A program made the position numbers and the translations under genes. Shown piece by piece: positions 46,529-58,102 of a stretch of 64,000 nucleotides of DNA; within the stretch, counting starts at the first letter, position 1, and the number at the start of each line of letters is the position of its first letter. The notes beneath the pieces are model-generated. The model was not told the DNA's origin. It made no database searches and saw nothing but the letters and a program-made list of their open reading frames with translations. The stretch comes from Candidatus Omnitrophota bacterium (GTDB taxonomy: Bacteria > Omnitrophota > Gorgyraeia > Gygaellales > Profunditerraquicolaceae), in the NCBI GenBank assembly GCA_028716245.1, contig JAQUQW010000002.1, forward strand, positions 293,346 to 357,345, given 5' to 3'.

Positions 46529-47313
46529 TGTTTACATTATTTTTCATTGACCTGGGCCGTAAAATTCTTGAATTCATGTATTTTGTCGGCGGCTTAACTA
46601 ACCTCTCCGTGCAAACCGTGTATTTAACATTCAAGCCTCCGTATAAATATGGCCATATAATCGAGCAGTCCAAGAAAGCCGGTTACGACAGCTTCCCGAT
46701 TGTTTCGCTGCTGGCTTTGTTTATCGGTTTTATTTTCGCTTTACAGACGGCGTATTTTATGCAGCGCATCGGCTCAGAGATGTATATTGCCAGCATGGTC
46801 GCTTTGTCGATTGTGCGCGAGTTAGGCCCGGTAATCACGGCGCTGGTAGTTGCCGGAAGAGTCGGCGCATCCCATACCGCGGAGTTAGGGTCGATGCAGG
46901 TTACCGAACAGATCGATGCCTTGGAAACTATGGCGACCAATCCGGTAAAATACCTGGTCGTCCCGCGCTTTGTGGCTTTAAGCGTTATGCTTCCCATCCT
47001 TACATTGTACGCCAATATTATCGGAATACTCGGAAGCTACCTTATTTGCGTATTAAAGCTGGGGATTACCAGCAGTATGTATATGAATATAACTTTTAGC
47101 GCGTTATTTTATAAAGATTTATTTACGGGTTTATTTAAAGCCTGGATTTTTGGGATGGTTATCGCTTTAGTCAGCTGCTATGAAGGTTTTAATGTCGAGG
47201 GCGGGGCAGCCGGAGTCGGTAAGGCAACGACGCGATCGGTGGTGATTACTTTTATCATGATCATCGCGGCGGATTGTTTCTTTACCGCGCTGTTTTATTT
47301 TATTTTTCCTTAA
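46528..47313 (+). CDS. mlaE: MlaE-family ABC permease
   Basis: About 260 aa, 5-6 TM helices, conserved IVRELGPVITALVVAGRVG segment. Confidence 0.8.
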   Translation: MFTLFFIDLGRKILEFMYFVGGLTNLSVQTVYLTFKPPYKYGHIIEQSKKAGYDSFPIVSLLALFIGFIFALQTAYFMQRIGSEMYIASMVALSIVRELGPVITALVVAGRVGASHTAELGSMQVTEQIDALETMATNPVKYLVVPRFVALSVMLPILTLYANIIGILGSYLICVLKLGITSSMYMNITFSALFYKDLFTGLFKAWIFGMVIALVSCYEGFNVEGGAAGVGKATTRSVVITFIMIIAADCFFTALFYFIFP

Positions 47314-47316
47314 AAA

Positions 47317-48072
47317 ATGATCGAGATACAAAACTTAACCAAAAAATTCGGTAATAACTTAGTTTTGGACCAGCTGAATTTAACGGTCCCCACCGGCCAA
47401 ACCTGCGTAATTATCGGCAGAAGCGGCTGCGGAAAATCAGTCCTGCTTAAACATATCGTCGGGCTGTTAAAACCGGACGAGGGCAAGGTTTTAGTTAACA
47501 GCAAAGAGGTGGGCGGTTTAAAAGAATTGGAATTAACCGCCCTGCGGGCCAAAATCAGCTTAGTATTCCAAGGCGGGGCTCTTTTTGATTCGATGAACGT
47601 TGCTGAAAATGTCGGGTTTAGCCTTTTTGAACATACGCATATTAATCGTGAAGAAATTTTAGCGCGGGTGGAGGAGTCTTTGTCCTTAGTAGATTTAGGC
47701 GGTATCGGTAATCTTATGCCTTCGGAGTTAAGCGGAGGAATGAAAAAACGCGTAGCTTTAGCGCGGGCAATTTGCATCAAGCCGGAAATTATCCTTTATG
47801 ACGAACCGACGACCGGAGTCGACCCGATTACCGCCGACAGTATCAATCGGCTTATCCGCTCGCTCCATGATAAATTAAAAGTCACTTCCTTTGTGGTCAC
47901 GCATGATATGCGCAGCGCCTACCACATCGCCAACAAGATTGCCATGCTGTATAAAGGGAAAATAATTTTAGAGGGTACTCCTGAAGAGATCCAGCATACT
48001 CAGTATCCGGTAGTGCACCAGTTTATTCATGGGCTCTCCAAGGGGCCGATAACTGAATCAATCGATACTTAA
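47317..48072 (+). CDS. mlaF: MlaF-family ABC ATPase
   Basis: Walker A GRSGCGKS, LSGGMKKR, Walker B ILYDEPT. Confidence 0.8.
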   Translation: MIEIQNLTKKFGNNLVLDQLNLTVPTGQTCVIIGRSGCGKSVLLKHIVGLLKPDEGKVLVNSKEVGGLKELELTALRAKISLVFQGGALFDSMNVAENVGFSLFEHTHINREEILARVEESLSLVDLGGIGNLMPSELSGGMKKRVALARAICIKPEIILYDEPTTGVDPITADSINRLIRSLHDKLKVTSFVVTHDMRSAYHIANKIAMLYKGKIILEGTPEEIQHTQYPVVHQFIHGLSKGPITESIDT

Positions 48073-48084
48073 ATGGAGGCTTAA

Positions 48085-48699
48085 ATGATATTCGGAAAAA
48101 CCAAATTAGAGCTAAGGGTGGGCGTCTTTGTTTTTATCGGCATGGTAATTTTAGTTATTTTTATATTGTCGATCGGCGGATTTAAAACCTGGAGTTCCGG
48201 GTACCGGATTAATGTTAACTTTAATTTTGTTAACGGGATAAAGGTGGGGGCGCCGGTGCGTTTTGCCGGAGTCGATGTAGGCGAGGTAAAAAGAATTAAG
48301 CTGGAGTTTATTCCCGAAGAAAGCCGTTCAAATGTGCGCCTGATAGTTTGGGTCAGGGATATTATCAAGATTCCCGTTGATTCCACTGTTTGGGTCAATA
48401 CCCTGGGGTTATTGGGTGAAAAATATATCGAGATAATGCCCGGCAAAGACTATGCCAACCCGATTAAAGAAAATGGATCCATGATCGGCGTTGATCCGTT
48501 GCCGATACACGCGATATTTAACCGGGCCGAAAGTATAATGCATAATCTGGATGACGGGCTTGCCCAGATCAGGAATAAAGAAGGCACATTAGGCAAGCTT
48601 ATTTATGACGATACGGTTTATAATGAATTGCAAGCGCTGGTTACCGATGTGCGCAAGAATCCCTGGAAGTTATTTTTCAGGACTAAAGAGAAAAAATAA
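48085..48699 (+). CDS. mlaD: MlaD-family MCE-domain protein
   Basis: N-terminal TM anchor plus MCE domain (..GIKVGAPVRFAGVDVGEV..). Confidence 0.75.
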   Translation: MIFGKTKLELRVGVFVFIGMVILVIFILSIGGFKTWSSGYRINVNFNFVNGIKVGAPVRFAGVDVGEVKRIKLEFIPEESRSNVRLIVWVRDIIKIPVDSTVWVNTLGLLGEKYIEIMPGKDYANPIKENGSMIGVDPLPIHAIFNRAESIMHNLDDGLAQIRNKEGTLGKLIYDDTVYNELQALVTDVRKNPWKLFFRTKEKK

Positions 48700-50093
48700 T
48701 GAGGACAAAGTCGGTTTTTAGCTGTTCAAATTGCGGGTATCAATCGCCGAAATGGCTGGGCAAGTGCCCGGATTGCAACAGCTGGAATTCTTTTAACGAA
48801 GAGGATTATGCCGTTCCTTCATCCGGGATCAAAGAAAGGGTCTCTTTGTATAAAGAAGGGCCGGTACTTTTAAGGGATGTGGTGGCTAAAGATGAAGACC
48901 GGTTAAAGACTAATATTATTGAGCTGGACCGGGTTTTAGGCGGCGGGATTGTCAAGGGCTCGGTGATCTTAATCGGCGGCGACCCCGGGGTAGGCAAATC
49001 GACCATCTCTTTACAGGTTTCCAACCATTTGACTAAGCAGGGGATCGGGGTGCTTTATGTCAGCGGCGAAGAAAGCGTGGCCCAGACTAAATTACGCGCC
49101 AGACGCTTGGGGGAATCGGGCGCGGATAATCTTTATATCGTCAATCAAACGGACTTATCTTTAATTGTCGAATACATTAAAAAATTAAAACCTCAGGTAG
49201 TCATCATCGATTCAATCCAGGTTATTTTTGATTCCGGGATCAGCTCTTCTCCCGGCAGCGTCAGCCAGGTGCGGGAATGCGCGGGGATCCTGACGCAATT
49301 AGCCAAAACTACCGGGACCTCGATTTTTATTATCGGCCATGTGACCAAAGAAGGGACTTTGGCTGGGCCGCGGGTTTTAGAGCATATCGTGGACACGGTG
49401 CTTTATTTTGAAGGGGACCGTTTCGCGATCTATAGAATACTGCGCGCGGTGAAAAACCGGTTTGGCTCAACCAATGAAATCGGCGTATTTGAAATGGGGG
49501 CGCAGGGTTTGGCGGAAGTAAGGAACCCGTCGGAAATATTCCTTTCGGAGCGGCCCAGCGATGTATCCGGGACGATCGTAACCTCGATTTTGGAAGGGAC
49601 GCGGCCGCTTTTGGTTGAGATCCAGTCGTTGGTTTCCAGGAGCAGTTTCGGTTATGCCCGCAGGCGGGCGCAGGGTTTTGATTTTAACCGCCTTTCTTTG
49701 CTGGTGGCGGTTTTAGAAAAACGCATGGGGCTGGCCCTTGAGGCAGAAGATATCTTTGTCAATGTCGCCGGAGGGATAAAAATCGAAGACCCGGCGGCGG
49801 ATTTAGCGGTATGCGCGGTGGTTGCCTCGAGTTTCCGGGAGCAGGTGGTTTTACCCCGGGCGGTAGTTTTAGGAGAGGTGGGGTTAAGCGGCGAGATTAG
49901 AAGTATTTCCCAGGTGCTGACGCGGATCAATGAAGCGCAAAAGCTGGGCTTTAAGCATTGCGTTTTACCTAAAAACAGCATTAAGAACCTTAAACTTAAG
50001 AGTTCGGATATGGAAATTATTCCCGTGTCTACTTTAAAGGAAGCTTTAGATATTATACTCGGGTTAGGGATTAAATTGGAGGCAAAGAAATGA
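48699..50093 (+). CDS. radA: DNA repair protein RadA/Sms
   Basis: C4 zinc finger CSNCGY..CPDC, RecA-like Walker [15 protein letters not shown] motif, Lon-like C-terminal domain. Confidence 0.9.
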   Translation: MRTKSVFSCSNCGYQSPKWLGKCPDCNSWNSFNEEDYAVPSSGIKERVSLYKEGPVLLRDVVAKDEDRLKTNIIELDRVLGGGIVKGSVILIGGDPGVGKSTISLQVSNHLTKQGIGVLYVSGEESVAQTKLRARRLGESGADNLYIVNQTDLSLIVEYIKKLKPQVVIIDSIQVIFDSGISSSPGSVSQVRECAGILTQLAKTTGTSIFIIGHVTKEGTLAGPRVLEHIVDTVLYFEGDRFAIYRILRAVKNRFGSTNEIGVFEMGAQGLAEVRNPSEIFLSERPSDVSGTIVTSILEGTRPLLVEIQSLVSRSSFGYARRRAQGFDFNRLSLLVAVLEKRMGLALEAEDIFVNVAGGIKIEDPAADLAVCAVVASSFREQVVLPRAVVLGEVGLSGEIRSISQVLTRINEAQKLGFKHCVLPKNSIKNLKLKSSDMEIIPVSTLKEALDIILGLGIKLEAKK

Positions 50094-51070
50094 ATTTATT
50101 ATTAGCGCGGCTTTTGTTTATTTTAGGCAGTATGGCGATTGGTTATCAGACGGTGGTAATTAATGGTTCCGGCTTAATCGGTTTGATAGTTGGCGCTTTA
50201 GTGGCATTAGCAATGATCGCCGCTGAAGCAGGGTTGCGTAAAGTTTCGGTAAGCGGTTTGTCCAGCGCGGTATTTGGATTAATCTTAGGCTTGATTATGG
50301 CCAAGCTGGTCGGAGATGCTTTTAGCATTGCTCCTATCGATCCGGTTGTGCTTTCCAGAATCAGGGTGGGGCTGACTTTGGTTTTTTGCTATCTGGGTAT
50401 GGTCATGGCCCTGCGCGGAAAAGATGAATTTAATGTCATCATTCCTTATGTGCGGCTGCGCCGGCAGGACCAGGCGCAAGATGTGGTGCTTTTAGATACC
50501 AGCGTGATTATCGACGGCAGGATTGTGGATCTTTGTAAAACTCGTTTTTTAGGGGGTAAAATTATCATCCCGAAATTCGTGCTGCGGGAATTACAGCAGA
50601 TCGCCGATTCTACCGATCCGATCAAACGCCAGCGGGGCAGGCGGGGTCTGGAGATACTGAATGTGATCCAAAATGAGCCGGGAATGGATATTACGATCCA
50701 TGAGCAGGATTTTACCGAGACCACTGAGGTGGATGCAAAACTGGTTTTGTTGGCTAAATTATTGGAAGCCAAAATCTTAACCGTTGATTTTAATTTAAAC
50801 CGCGTTGCCAGCATCCAGGGGATCAAAGTTTTAAATATAAATGAACTGGCTAACGCTTTAAAACCCGTGGTTTTTCCCGGGGAAGAGATGCGGATCAAGT
50901 TGATTAAAGAAGGTAAAGAGCATAACCAGGCGGTGGGTTATCTTGATGACGGGACGATGGTGGTAGTTGAGGATGCCCGCAAGTTACTTGGCCAGGAGGT
51001 TAAGGTTGTGGTGACTTCGGTCCTGCAAACTCAGGCCGGCAGGATGATCTTTACCAAGACAGAAAAATAA
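50090..51070 (+). CDS. yacL: membrane-anchored PIN plus TRAM domain protein (YacL-like)
   Basis: N-terminal TM helices, PIN acidic residues ([12 protein letters not shown]..), C-terminal TRAM. Confidence 0.75.
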   Translation: MNLLLARLLFILGSMAIGYQTVVINGSGLIGLIVGALVALAMIAAEAGLRKVSVSGLSSAVFGLILGLIMAKLVGDAFSIAPIDPVVLSRIRVGLTLVFCYLGMVMALRGKDEFNVIIPYVRLRRQDQAQDVVLLDTSVIIDGRIVDLCKTRFLGGKIIIPKFVLRELQQIADSTDPIKRQRGRRGLEILNVIQNEPGMDITIHEQDFTETTEVDAKLVLLAKLLEAKILTVDFNLNRVASIQGIKVLNINELANALKPVVFPGEEMRIKLIKEGKEHNQAVGYLDDGTMVVVEDARKLLGQEVKVVVTSVLQTQAGRMIFTKTEK

Positions 51071-51072
51071 TA

Positions 51073-51750
51073 ATGGTTAGCGCGATAATCCTGGCAGCTG
51101 GACGGGGAAAACGGCTTAATACGCCAGTACCGAAACCTTTAGTAAAAATTGGTAATTTGCCGGCAATAGTTTATTCTCTTAGGGCCTTAAACAGGCATCT
51201 GGATATCGCTGAGATTATCGTGGTGGTTAGCCCGGGCAATCAGCAGGCAATTACCAATGCGCTAAAGAAATATCCTTTTAAAAAAATAAAGGTTTTTGTT
51301 TTGGGCGGGGCGCGCCGGCAGGATTCGGTAGCTAATGGGCTCAAAGAAGTCAGCGTAAAAAGTGATTGGGTTTTAATCCATGATTCCGCGCGGCCGTTTA
51401 TTGACCGTAAATCGATTAGCAAGGTTATCTTCGCCGCTAAAAAAACCGGCGCAGCAATATTAGGGATACCGGTTAAAGCAACGATTAAGAGCGTCAAAGC
51501 GGGCTTGCTGGTTGATAGGACTGTGGACAGGGCCAATCTCTGGGAGATACAAACTCCACAGGTTTTTAAAAAAGAGCTTATTGTCCAGGCCTATAAAAAA
51601 TATTCTAAAAGCAATGTTACGGATGACGCTTCTTTGGTTGAGAAATTGGGGAAAAAGGTCCAGGTTGTTCCGGGGAGTGATGAAAATATCAAAATTACGA
51701 CTAGCGTTGACCTGTTATTGGCCGGGGAGATTGCCAGGAGGCGTTTATGA
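51073..51750 (+). CDS. ispD: 2-C-methyl-D-erythritol 4-phosphate cytidylyltransferase
   Basis: ILAAGRGKRL N-terminus and IspD-fold motifs. Confidence 0.85.
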   Translation: MVSAIILAAGRGKRLNTPVPKPLVKIGNLPAIVYSLRALNRHLDIAEIIVVVSPGNQQAITNALKKYPFKKIKVFVLGGARRQDSVANGLKEVSVKSDWVLIHDSARPFIDRKSISKVIFAAKKTGAAILGIPVKATIKSVKAGLLVDRTVDRANLWEIQTPQVFKKELIVQAYKKYSKSNVTDDASLVEKLGKKVQVVPGSDENIKITTSVDLLLAGEIARRRL

Positions 51751-52232
51751 TGCAATTTAAAGTCGGAATAGGTTATGATATCCACCGTTTAATTACGGGC
51801 AGGCCGTTATTTTTAGGCGCTGTGGAGATTCCTTATATTAAAGGACTCTTGGGGCATTCCGACGGTGACGCATTGATCCACGCGCTTTGCGACGCGCTAT
51901 TGGGTGCCTTAGCGCTTGGCGATATCGGCGAACATTTTCCGGATACGGATCCTAAATATCAGGGTATTGCCAGTAGTAAGCTGCTTGAGGCCGTTAAGGG
52001 ATTAGTGGACCAGAGCGGTTATCAAATCAATAATCTGGATGTTGTCATTATCGCCCAGGAGCCCAAGCTTGTGCCGTTTAAGCAACAGATGAAAGAAAAG
52101 ATTTCCGCGCTTCTTGGTATCGGCCAGGAGATTGTAAACATAAAAGCAAAAACAAATGAAGGGCTGGACGCGGTAGGAAATCGGGAGGCAATTGCCTGTT
52201 ACGCGGCAGCTTCTTTGGCAAAGGGGGTATAA
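51747..52232 (+). CDS. ispF: 2-C-methyl-D-erythritol 2,4-cyclodiphosphate synthase
   Basis: [15 protein letters not shown] zinc-binding motifs. Confidence 0.9.
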   Translation: MMQFKVGIGYDIHRLITGRPLFLGAVEIPYIKGLLGHSDGDALIHALCDALLGALALGDIGEHFPDTDPKYQGIASSKLLEAVKGLVDQSGYQINNLDVVIIAQEPKLVPFKQQMKEKISALLGIGQEIVNIKAKTNEGLDAVGNREAIACYAAASLAKGV

Positions 52233-52234
52233 AC

Positions 52235-52918
52235 ATGTTCTCCATAATTATAAATATATTGATTTTAATCGCGGCGCTTTATTTAATTAAGTTTATGCTT
52301 ATTTCCGTGATTTTTTACGCTGATATTAGGGCGGCGCAGAAAAGGGATCCGGCGGCAAAAAGTTTTATCGAGGTGATTTTGCTTTATCCCGGGCTGCACG
52401 CTTTGATTTATTACCGGGTCGCCCATTTCTTCTATCAAACACATTTATTTTTTCTGGCGCGCCTTTTATCCCAGGTTGCCCGGTTTTCTACCGGCATTGA
52501 AATCCATCCGGGGGCCAAAATCGGCAAGCGGTTTTTTATCGACCATGGATTAGGCGTGGTGATCGGAGAGACCGCGATTGTCGGAGATGATGTTTTGCTT
52601 TATCAGGGCACAACCTTGGGCGGGACCGGAATCATACAGGGAAAACGCCATCCTACTGTCGGCAATAATGTGGTGATCGGGGCCGGCGCAAAAGTTTTAG
52701 GCAATATTACCATCGGCGACAATTCTTATATCGGGGCAAACGCGGTAGTGGTCAAAGATGTTCCGCCAAATTCCACGGTCGTCGGTGTTCCCGGAAGGAT
52801 CACCAAGCAGGACGGTAAAAAAATGGATGTCAGCTTAGACCACGCGCGGATGCTGGACCCGATTATGCAGTCAATCGAAGAGCTGCAGGATAGAATTAAA
52901 AATTTGGAAAAGAAGTAG
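52235..52918 (+). CDS. cysE: serine O-acetyltransferase (hexapeptide repeat)
   Basis: Left-handed beta-helix repeats (..[14 protein letters not shown]..). Confidence 0.8.
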   Translation: MFSIIINILILIAALYLIKFMLISVIFYADIRAAQKRDPAAKSFIEVILLYPGLHALIYYRVAHFFYQTHLFFLARLLSQVARFSTGIEIHPGAKIGKRFFIDHGLGVVIGETAIVGDDVLLYQGTTLGGTGIIQGKRHPTVGNNVVIGAGAKVLGNITIGDNSYIGANAVVVKDVPPNSTVVGVPGRITKQDGKKMDVSLDHARMLDPIMQSIEELQDRIKNLEKK

Positions 52919-52923
52919 AGTGC

Positions 52924-54324
52924 ATGCCTATCTTTATATATAATTCCCTCACCAGAAAAAAAGAAGAGTTTGTTCCGATAAAGGCTCCGCAGGTAAAAAT
53001 GTATACTTGCGGAGTTACGGTTTATGACGCCTGCCATATTGGCCATGCCCGCAGTTTATTTATTTTCGATTTGATCCGCAGGTATTTAAAATACCGCGGT
53101 TTTGACGTGAGTTTTACGCGCAATATCACCGATATCGACGATAAGATAATTAACCGGGCTAATGAGCTTAAAGTTGACTGGCAGGAGTTGGTTAGTAAAT
53201 ATATCGCCAGTTACAATCAGGATCTAGAAAGCCTGGGGATAGAAAAAGCGGATTTTGAGCCGCGGGCAACCGAAAATATTACCGATATGATTGAATATAT
53301 TAAAAAGCTGGTGGATAAAGGCCTGGCTTATGAATCCGCCGGCGATGTTTATTTTGATGTGCGTAAATTTGCCGGATACGGGAAATTATCCGGCCAAAGC
53401 ATCGACCAGATGGAGACCGGGGTGAGGATCGGCCCGTCGGAGTTAAAGCATGACCCGTTGGATTTTGCCCTTTGGAAACGCTCTAAGGAAAATGAGCCTT
53501 GCTGGCCCAGCATTTTTGGGCCGGGCAGGCCGGGCTGGCATATCGAGTGTTCGGTGATGTCGCAGAAGTTTTTAAAAACCGAAACTTTGGATATCCACGC
53601 CGGAGGCAGGGATTTGATTTTTCCGCACCATGAGAATGAATTGGCGCAGAGTGAATCCTATAGCGGTAAGCCATTTGCTAAATATTGGATACACCATGGA
53701 CTGCTTACGATCAACACGCAAAAGATGTCTAAGTCGCTGGGGAATTTTATCACGATTAAGGATTTTATCGCCAAATACCATAATCCCGAGCTGTTGAAGT
53801 TTTTCTTTTTGTCCGCCCACTATGCCCACCCAATCGATTACAGCGACGCAAAAATCGAGGAGGCCAGGCAAGCATTGCAGAGGATTAGTATTTTTATGGA
53901 TAAGGCCAAGGCAGTCAAGCCGGGTTTGGCGCTAACCCTGTTAAAGAGACATTCTAAAGAGGTGGCTAAGTTAAAAAATAAATTTACCGCTTCTTTAGAT
54001 GATGATTTTAACACGCCGGAAGCCTTGGCTTGTGTTTTTGAGCTGGTGAACCTGGCGAATAAAAATATCGGGAAGGCGGATCTTGTTTTTAGCGCTCAAG
54101 TTGTTTTAAAAGAGATGCTTGAGATCCTCGGCATTACGCTTAAGGCGGTAAGAATCGACACCCAGATCAGCGAAGATGAAATTAAGTCTAAGATTCAGAG
54201 TAGGTCGGATGCTAAAAAATCCAAGGACTACGCGCTGGCCGATAAAATCAGAAAAGAGCTGGAAGAAAAAGGGGTAATTCTCGAGGATACCAAGAACGGC
54301 GCAACTTGGAGAAGGAAGTTGTAG
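52924..54324 (+). CDS. cysS: cysteine--tRNA ligase
   Basis: HIGHA and KMSKS class I motifs. Confidence 0.9.
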   Translation: MPIFIYNSLTRKKEEFVPIKAPQVKMYTCGVTVYDACHIGHARSLFIFDLIRRYLKYRGFDVSFTRNITDIDDKIINRANELKVDWQELVSKYIASYNQDLESLGIEKADFEPRATENITDMIEYIKKLVDKGLAYESAGDVYFDVRKFAGYGKLSGQSIDQMETGVRIGPSELKHDPLDFALWKRSKENEPCWPSIFGPGRPGWHIECSVMSQKFLKTETLDIHAGGRDLIFPHHENELAQSESYSGKPFAKYWIHHGLLTINTQKMSKSLGNFITIKDFIAKYHNPELLKFFFLSAHYAHPIDYSDAKIEEARQALQRISIFMDKAKAVKPGLALTLLKRHSKEVAKLKNKFTASLDDDFNTPEALACVFELVNLANKNIGKADLVFSAQVVLKEMLEILGITLKAVRIDTQISEDEIKSKIQSRSDAKKSKDYALADKIRKELEEKGVILEDTKNGATWRRKL

Positions 54325-54365
54325 TGAATAGTTTGATTTGAAGTAGGGGATTGGAGATTCTCATT

Positions 54366-54400
54366 AAAAAGCCCATAACTTGCGTTACGGGCTTTTTAAT
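54366..54400 (+). terminator. rho-independent terminator after cysS
   Basis: GCCCATAAC ttgc GTTACGGGC followed by TTTTT. Confidence 0.65.
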
Positions 54401-54429
54401 TTGTTAGATGCTATGTTAAACTGCCAAGC

Positions 54430-55400
54430 TTTTCAAGGAATGGTATGATACCTTCATTAAGTGAGTTCAACCATTTCGAAAGGAGGAAAGCATGGCCTAC
54501 AATTCACAGGACTATGACATATTTATCGGAATCGATGTTGACCAAAAAAGCTTCTCGTTTACCGTCAAGGACCACGAACAGATGAACCGTTCACACAGAA
54601 TACCCGCAGATCCAGAGAACCTTTACCGCCATATAGAAAATACCTATAATGGCAAAAGAGTCATCTGCGCCTATGAAACCGGAGGGAGTGGTTATTATCT
54701 TCATGATTATTTAACCTCCGCTACGCGCCAACGGTTAGATTTGCTGCTTGCGGATTTAGAGTATGCACGTAACCAGCAATTAAAGGTCATTAACGAATTA
54801 AGGGCAATAGCGTTAAATAATCCCTGCCTTACGGCTAATGTGCATTGCTTGCGTTCTATCCCTGGTATAGGTTTATTACGGCAATAACCATATTGGCAAA
54901 TATCGGCGATACAGCTAAGCAACCCCAGAGAGCTGGGGGCGTTTATCGGGCTTGTGCCTCGTGAACATTCCACCGGAGACAAAATATCCAAAGGCTCTAT
55001 CACCCACATGGGCGATGTTTTCCTGCGCTCTCTGCTGATTGAGGCCAGTTGGGTAATTATCCGTAAGGATACACGTATGCGGCAATTCTATGATCGCATT
55101 CGCTCCAGGCATCATCCGCATATTGCCGCTCGCAAGGCCATTGTCGCGGTAGCGCGTAAATTAACCTTGATTATTTATAGGGTCTTGAAAGAACAGCGTG
55201 ACTATATAGCTTAATGATAAGAAATAGTGTTAGAGATAGGACCTTTAAGTAACGCTTGCCTTGGGGGACGCCTCGTGGTCAAAATCAGAGTCAATGTTTT
55301 TAGACTCGTTGTTAGATAGAGACCCCTGGGGCCTTAAACGCAAAATCAAATAGTGTGAACCCATGTGGGTTGCCACGTATAACAGAGAGTTAAAGGGTTC
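54430..55400 (+). mobile_element. IS110-family insertion sequence remnant (approximate bounds)
   Basis: Pseudogene above plus a downstream hairpin GTGAACCCATGTGGGTTGCCAC. No terminal inverted repeats, which is usual for IS110. Confidence 0.5.
54492..55214 (+). pseudogene. IS110-family transposase, degraded (at least 2 frameshifts)
   Basis: N-terminal DEDD domain (IFIGIDVDQKSFSF) in ORF 54492..54887. An ..ILANIGDTAKQ.. segment sits in a third frame. The C-terminal Transposase_20 region (ELGAFIGLVPREHSTGDK..) is in ORF 54954..55214. Confidence 0.75.
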
Positions 55401-55522
55401 TAGATTTAACACGAGGAGCTAGAATAAGAAAAGCTTGACACTTTACATAACAGATTTTGGCCTTTTCTGCGTCAGTTGCGGTAGGAAGAAAATAATAATG
55501 ACGCAAGAAAGGAGAGAAAGGA

Positions 55523-56548
55523 ATGAAGAATTCGATAGGCAAAGAATATATCAATTTCTTGAATGGAATCAAATCGCGCATTGTTACAGCGCGGATTCAG
55601 GCGATTAGGTCGGTCAATAAAGAGCTTATAAAGTTATATTGGGATATCGGCAGAACTATCGTCGAGAGGCAGAAAAAATATAAGTGGGGAGATGCGGTAG
55701 TTGAAAGGTTTGCCTTTGATTTAGCCGCAGAATTTAATGGTAGGGCGGGTTTTTCCGTGCAAAATTTATGGCGGATGAGGCTTTTATATCTTGAGTACAA
55801 AGATAGCCTGAAACTCGCACAGCTTGTGCGAGAAATTCCCTGGGGACAAAATATTGTCATAATGCAGATGGTTAAAGATATCAAAGAGCGAGAGTATTAT
55901 ATTCGCGCTACAGCGGAAATGGGATGGAGCCGCAATGTGCTTCTCAACCAGATAAAAGCCGGAGTTTATACCTTCTACTTGAAACAGAAAACCCATAATT
56001 TTCCTAAAGTCCTTCCCGGCTATCTTGCTGAACAGGCAGATGAATCCATAAAAAGCGTTTATAACCTTGATTTTCTTGATATCACAAAATCATTGGTTGA
56101 ACGGGAGTTAGAGCGCCGCCTTGTTGAAAGAATTAAGCGCTTTATGCTTGAACTGGGTAAAGGATTTTCATTTCTTGGTGATCAATACCGCCTAATATTG
56201 GGGAATAATGAATATTTTGTTGATCTTTTATTTTTTAACCGTCTATTAAAATGCCTTGTGGCAGTTGAGTTTAAAACCGGTAAGTTTGAGCCCGAATATG
56301 CCGGGAAGATAGATTTTTATCTTCACCTATTGGATGAACAAGTAAAACTGAAAGATGAAAATCCGTCAATAGGCATTATTCTATGCGCGGCTAAAGACAA
56401 TATTGTGGTTGAGTATGCTTTGCGTAGTACCAAAAAGCCCGTGGGGGTTGCCGAATACTGTCTTACGAATAAACTGCCTAAATATTTGGCCAGAAAACTT
56501 CCTGATGCCAGCGCGTTGAAATTATCGATACAAGAGGAATTGAAGTAG
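55523..56548 (+). CDS. YhcG/DUF1016 family PDDEXK nuclease
   Basis: N-terminal YhcG-type helical domain and C-terminal restriction-endonuclease-like core (..VDLLFFNRLLKCLVAVEFKTGKFEPEYAGKIDFY..). Confidence 0.75.
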   Translation: MKNSIGKEYINFLNGIKSRIVTARIQAIRSVNKELIKLYWDIGRTIVERQKKYKWGDAVVERFAFDLAAEFNGRAGFSVQNLWRMRLLYLEYKDSLKLAQLVREIPWGQNIVIMQMVKDIKEREYYIRATAEMGWSRNVLLNQIKAGVYTFYLKQKTHNFPKVLPGYLAEQADESIKSVYNLDFLDITKSLVERELERRLVERIKRFMLELGKGFSFLGDQYRLILGNNEYFVDLLFFNRLLKCLVAVEFKTGKFEPEYAGKIDFYLHLLDEQVKLKDENPSIGIILCAAKDNIVVEYALRSTKKPVGVAEYCLTNKLPKYLARKLPDASALKLSIQEELK

Positions 56549-56673
56549 CTATGCTCTCTAGTGCCATGGACTCTACATCTTTTTCTATTGAGCTAATTGG
56601 CCTTAGGCGGTATAATCAAAAATCAGGGGCGTTTCTGGAGTTTTTATTGGAAGTAAAAAAAGGAGGACTTTAG

Positions 56674-57018
56674 ATGATGCACTTCTTGGTAAGATGGGGA
56701 ATTAACGCGCTGTCGATTTTTATTGTCGCGCACATTGTCAGGGGCATCGAGGTTTCAAGTACCGCCACTGTCCTGGTGATTGCTTTGGTCTTGGGGATCA
56801 TTAACGCTTTCTTGAGGCCTTTGATTATTCTGGTTACGCTGCCGATCAATATTATTACCTTAGGGGTATTTACCCTTTTTATCAACGGAGCTCTTTTCCT
56901 TTTGGTGTCTAAGATTGTCAAAGGTTTCGTGATTACGGGTTTCTGGACAGCTTTCTGGGGGTATATCCTTTTTAGCATCATTAGTTTCTTGTTAAGCCTG
57001 TTAGTTTTTTCTGTTTAA
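56674..57018 (+). CDS. 4-TM membrane protein, Phage_holin_4_2 / YvlD (DUF360) family
   Basis: ..IVAHIVRGIEVSS..LGIINAFLRPLIILVTLPINIITLGVFTLFINGALFLL.. matches the family pattern. Confidence 0.65.
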   Translation: MMHFLVRWGINALSIFIVAHIVRGIEVSSTATVLVIALVLGIINAFLRPLIILVTLPINIITLGVFTLFINGALFLLVSKIVKGFVITGFWTAFWGYILFSIISFLLSLLVFSV

Positions 57019-57023
57019 TTAAG

Positions 57024-57053
57024 TGATAAATAGAAACGGTCCCATTATTTCTA
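57024..57053 (+). repeat. motif AAATAGAAACGGTCCCATTATTT copy 1 (left flank of patatin gene)
   Basis: 26 nt identical to the copy at 62869..62893; inverted partner at 58103..58118. Confidence 0.7.
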
Positions 57054-57064
57054 GAGGGAGGATT

Positions 57065-58099
57065 ATGCTTTATCATTTTAAAAATCTGGTTTTTGAAGGC
57101 GGGGGCGTTAAGGGGATGGCGTATTCCGGGGCGATGGAGATATTGGCTGAGAAAGGCATCTTGCAGAAAATCGAGCGGGTGGGAGGGACATCGGCCGGGG
57201 CGATTAATTCCGTTTTAGTCGGTTTGAATTATTCGGTTGATGATATGAAAGAAGTCCTTTGGAAGCTAAACTTTAATGATTTAATGGATAACCAGTGGGG
57301 GATAATCGAAGGCCTGCCGAGGCTGGCGGGAAAATACGGCTGGTATAAAGGGGATTTTTTCAGGAAGTGGATTGGAGAAATAATCCGCAGGAAAACCGGA
57401 AGCAGTGAGGCGAGTTTTGCCGATATCTCCGCGCAGAAAGAGCAAAAGGGGTTTAAGGATTTGTATGTTATCGGGACGAATCTTTCCACGCATTTTAGCG
57501 AGGTTTTTTCAAATGAAAAGACACCAGATATGCCGGTTGCCGATGCTGTGAGGATCTCTATGTCGATCCCGTTGTTTTTCGCGAGCAAACGCGCAGGCAG
57601 GCGCAGGGATGTTTATGTTGACGGGGGAGTTTTGGCCAATTACCCGGTTAAACTTTTTGACCGTGAAAAATACGTTCAAGAGAACAAAAGAAGCACGGAT
57701 TATTATGAGGCGCATAATAAGAAGCTGAAAGAGCAGGGGATTAAGATCAGTAAGTACGTTTACAACCAGGAAACACTGGGATTCAGGCTGGATTCTCGGG
57801 AGGAAATTGGTGTCTTCCGCGACCAAAAAGAACCGGCGCACCATAAAATCAAGAGTTTTGTCGCTTACGCCAAAGGGTTAGTCCAGACGATAATCGACCA
57901 TCAGCTTAATCTGCATCTGCACAGTGATGATTGGCAGAGGACGATTTATATCGATGCTTCGGCGGCCAAGACAACGGAGTTTTACTTGTCAGATGAGAAA
58001 AAGGCGGCCTTGGTTGAAGCCGGCCGCAAAGGCGCCAGAGAATATTTTGAGTGGTTTGATAAGGGGAATTCCATTAATAAGGTAGTTGCTACTCTTTAA
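57065..58099 (+). CDS. patatin-like phospholipase
   Basis: Oxyanion hole FEGGGVKG, nucleophile elbow GTSAG, Asp in DGG(V) near residue 200. Confidence 0.85.
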   Translation: MLYHFKNLVFEGGGVKGMAYSGAMEILAEKGILQKIERVGGTSAGAINSVLVGLNYSVDDMKEVLWKLNFNDLMDNQWGIIEGLPRLAGKYGWYKGDFFRKWIGEIIRRKTGSSEASFADISAQKEQKGFKDLYVIGTNLSTHFSEVFSNEKTPDMPVADAVRISMSIPLFFASKRAGRRRDVYVDGGVLANYPVKLFDREKYVQENKRSTDYYEAHNKKLKEQGIKISKYVYNQETLGFRLDSREEIGVFRDQKEPAHHKIKSFVAYAKGLVQTIIDHQLNLHLHSDDWQRTIYIDASAAKTTEFYLSDEKKAALVEAGRKGAREYFEWFDKGNSINKVVATL

Positions 58100-58102
58100 A
58101 AC

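Noticed and set aside
57065-58099. Patatin as a CBASS (CapV-type) effector
   Set aside because: No CD-NTase/cyclase or Cap accessory genes in the neighbourhood. The flanking genes are a nuclease and a holin-like protein instead.
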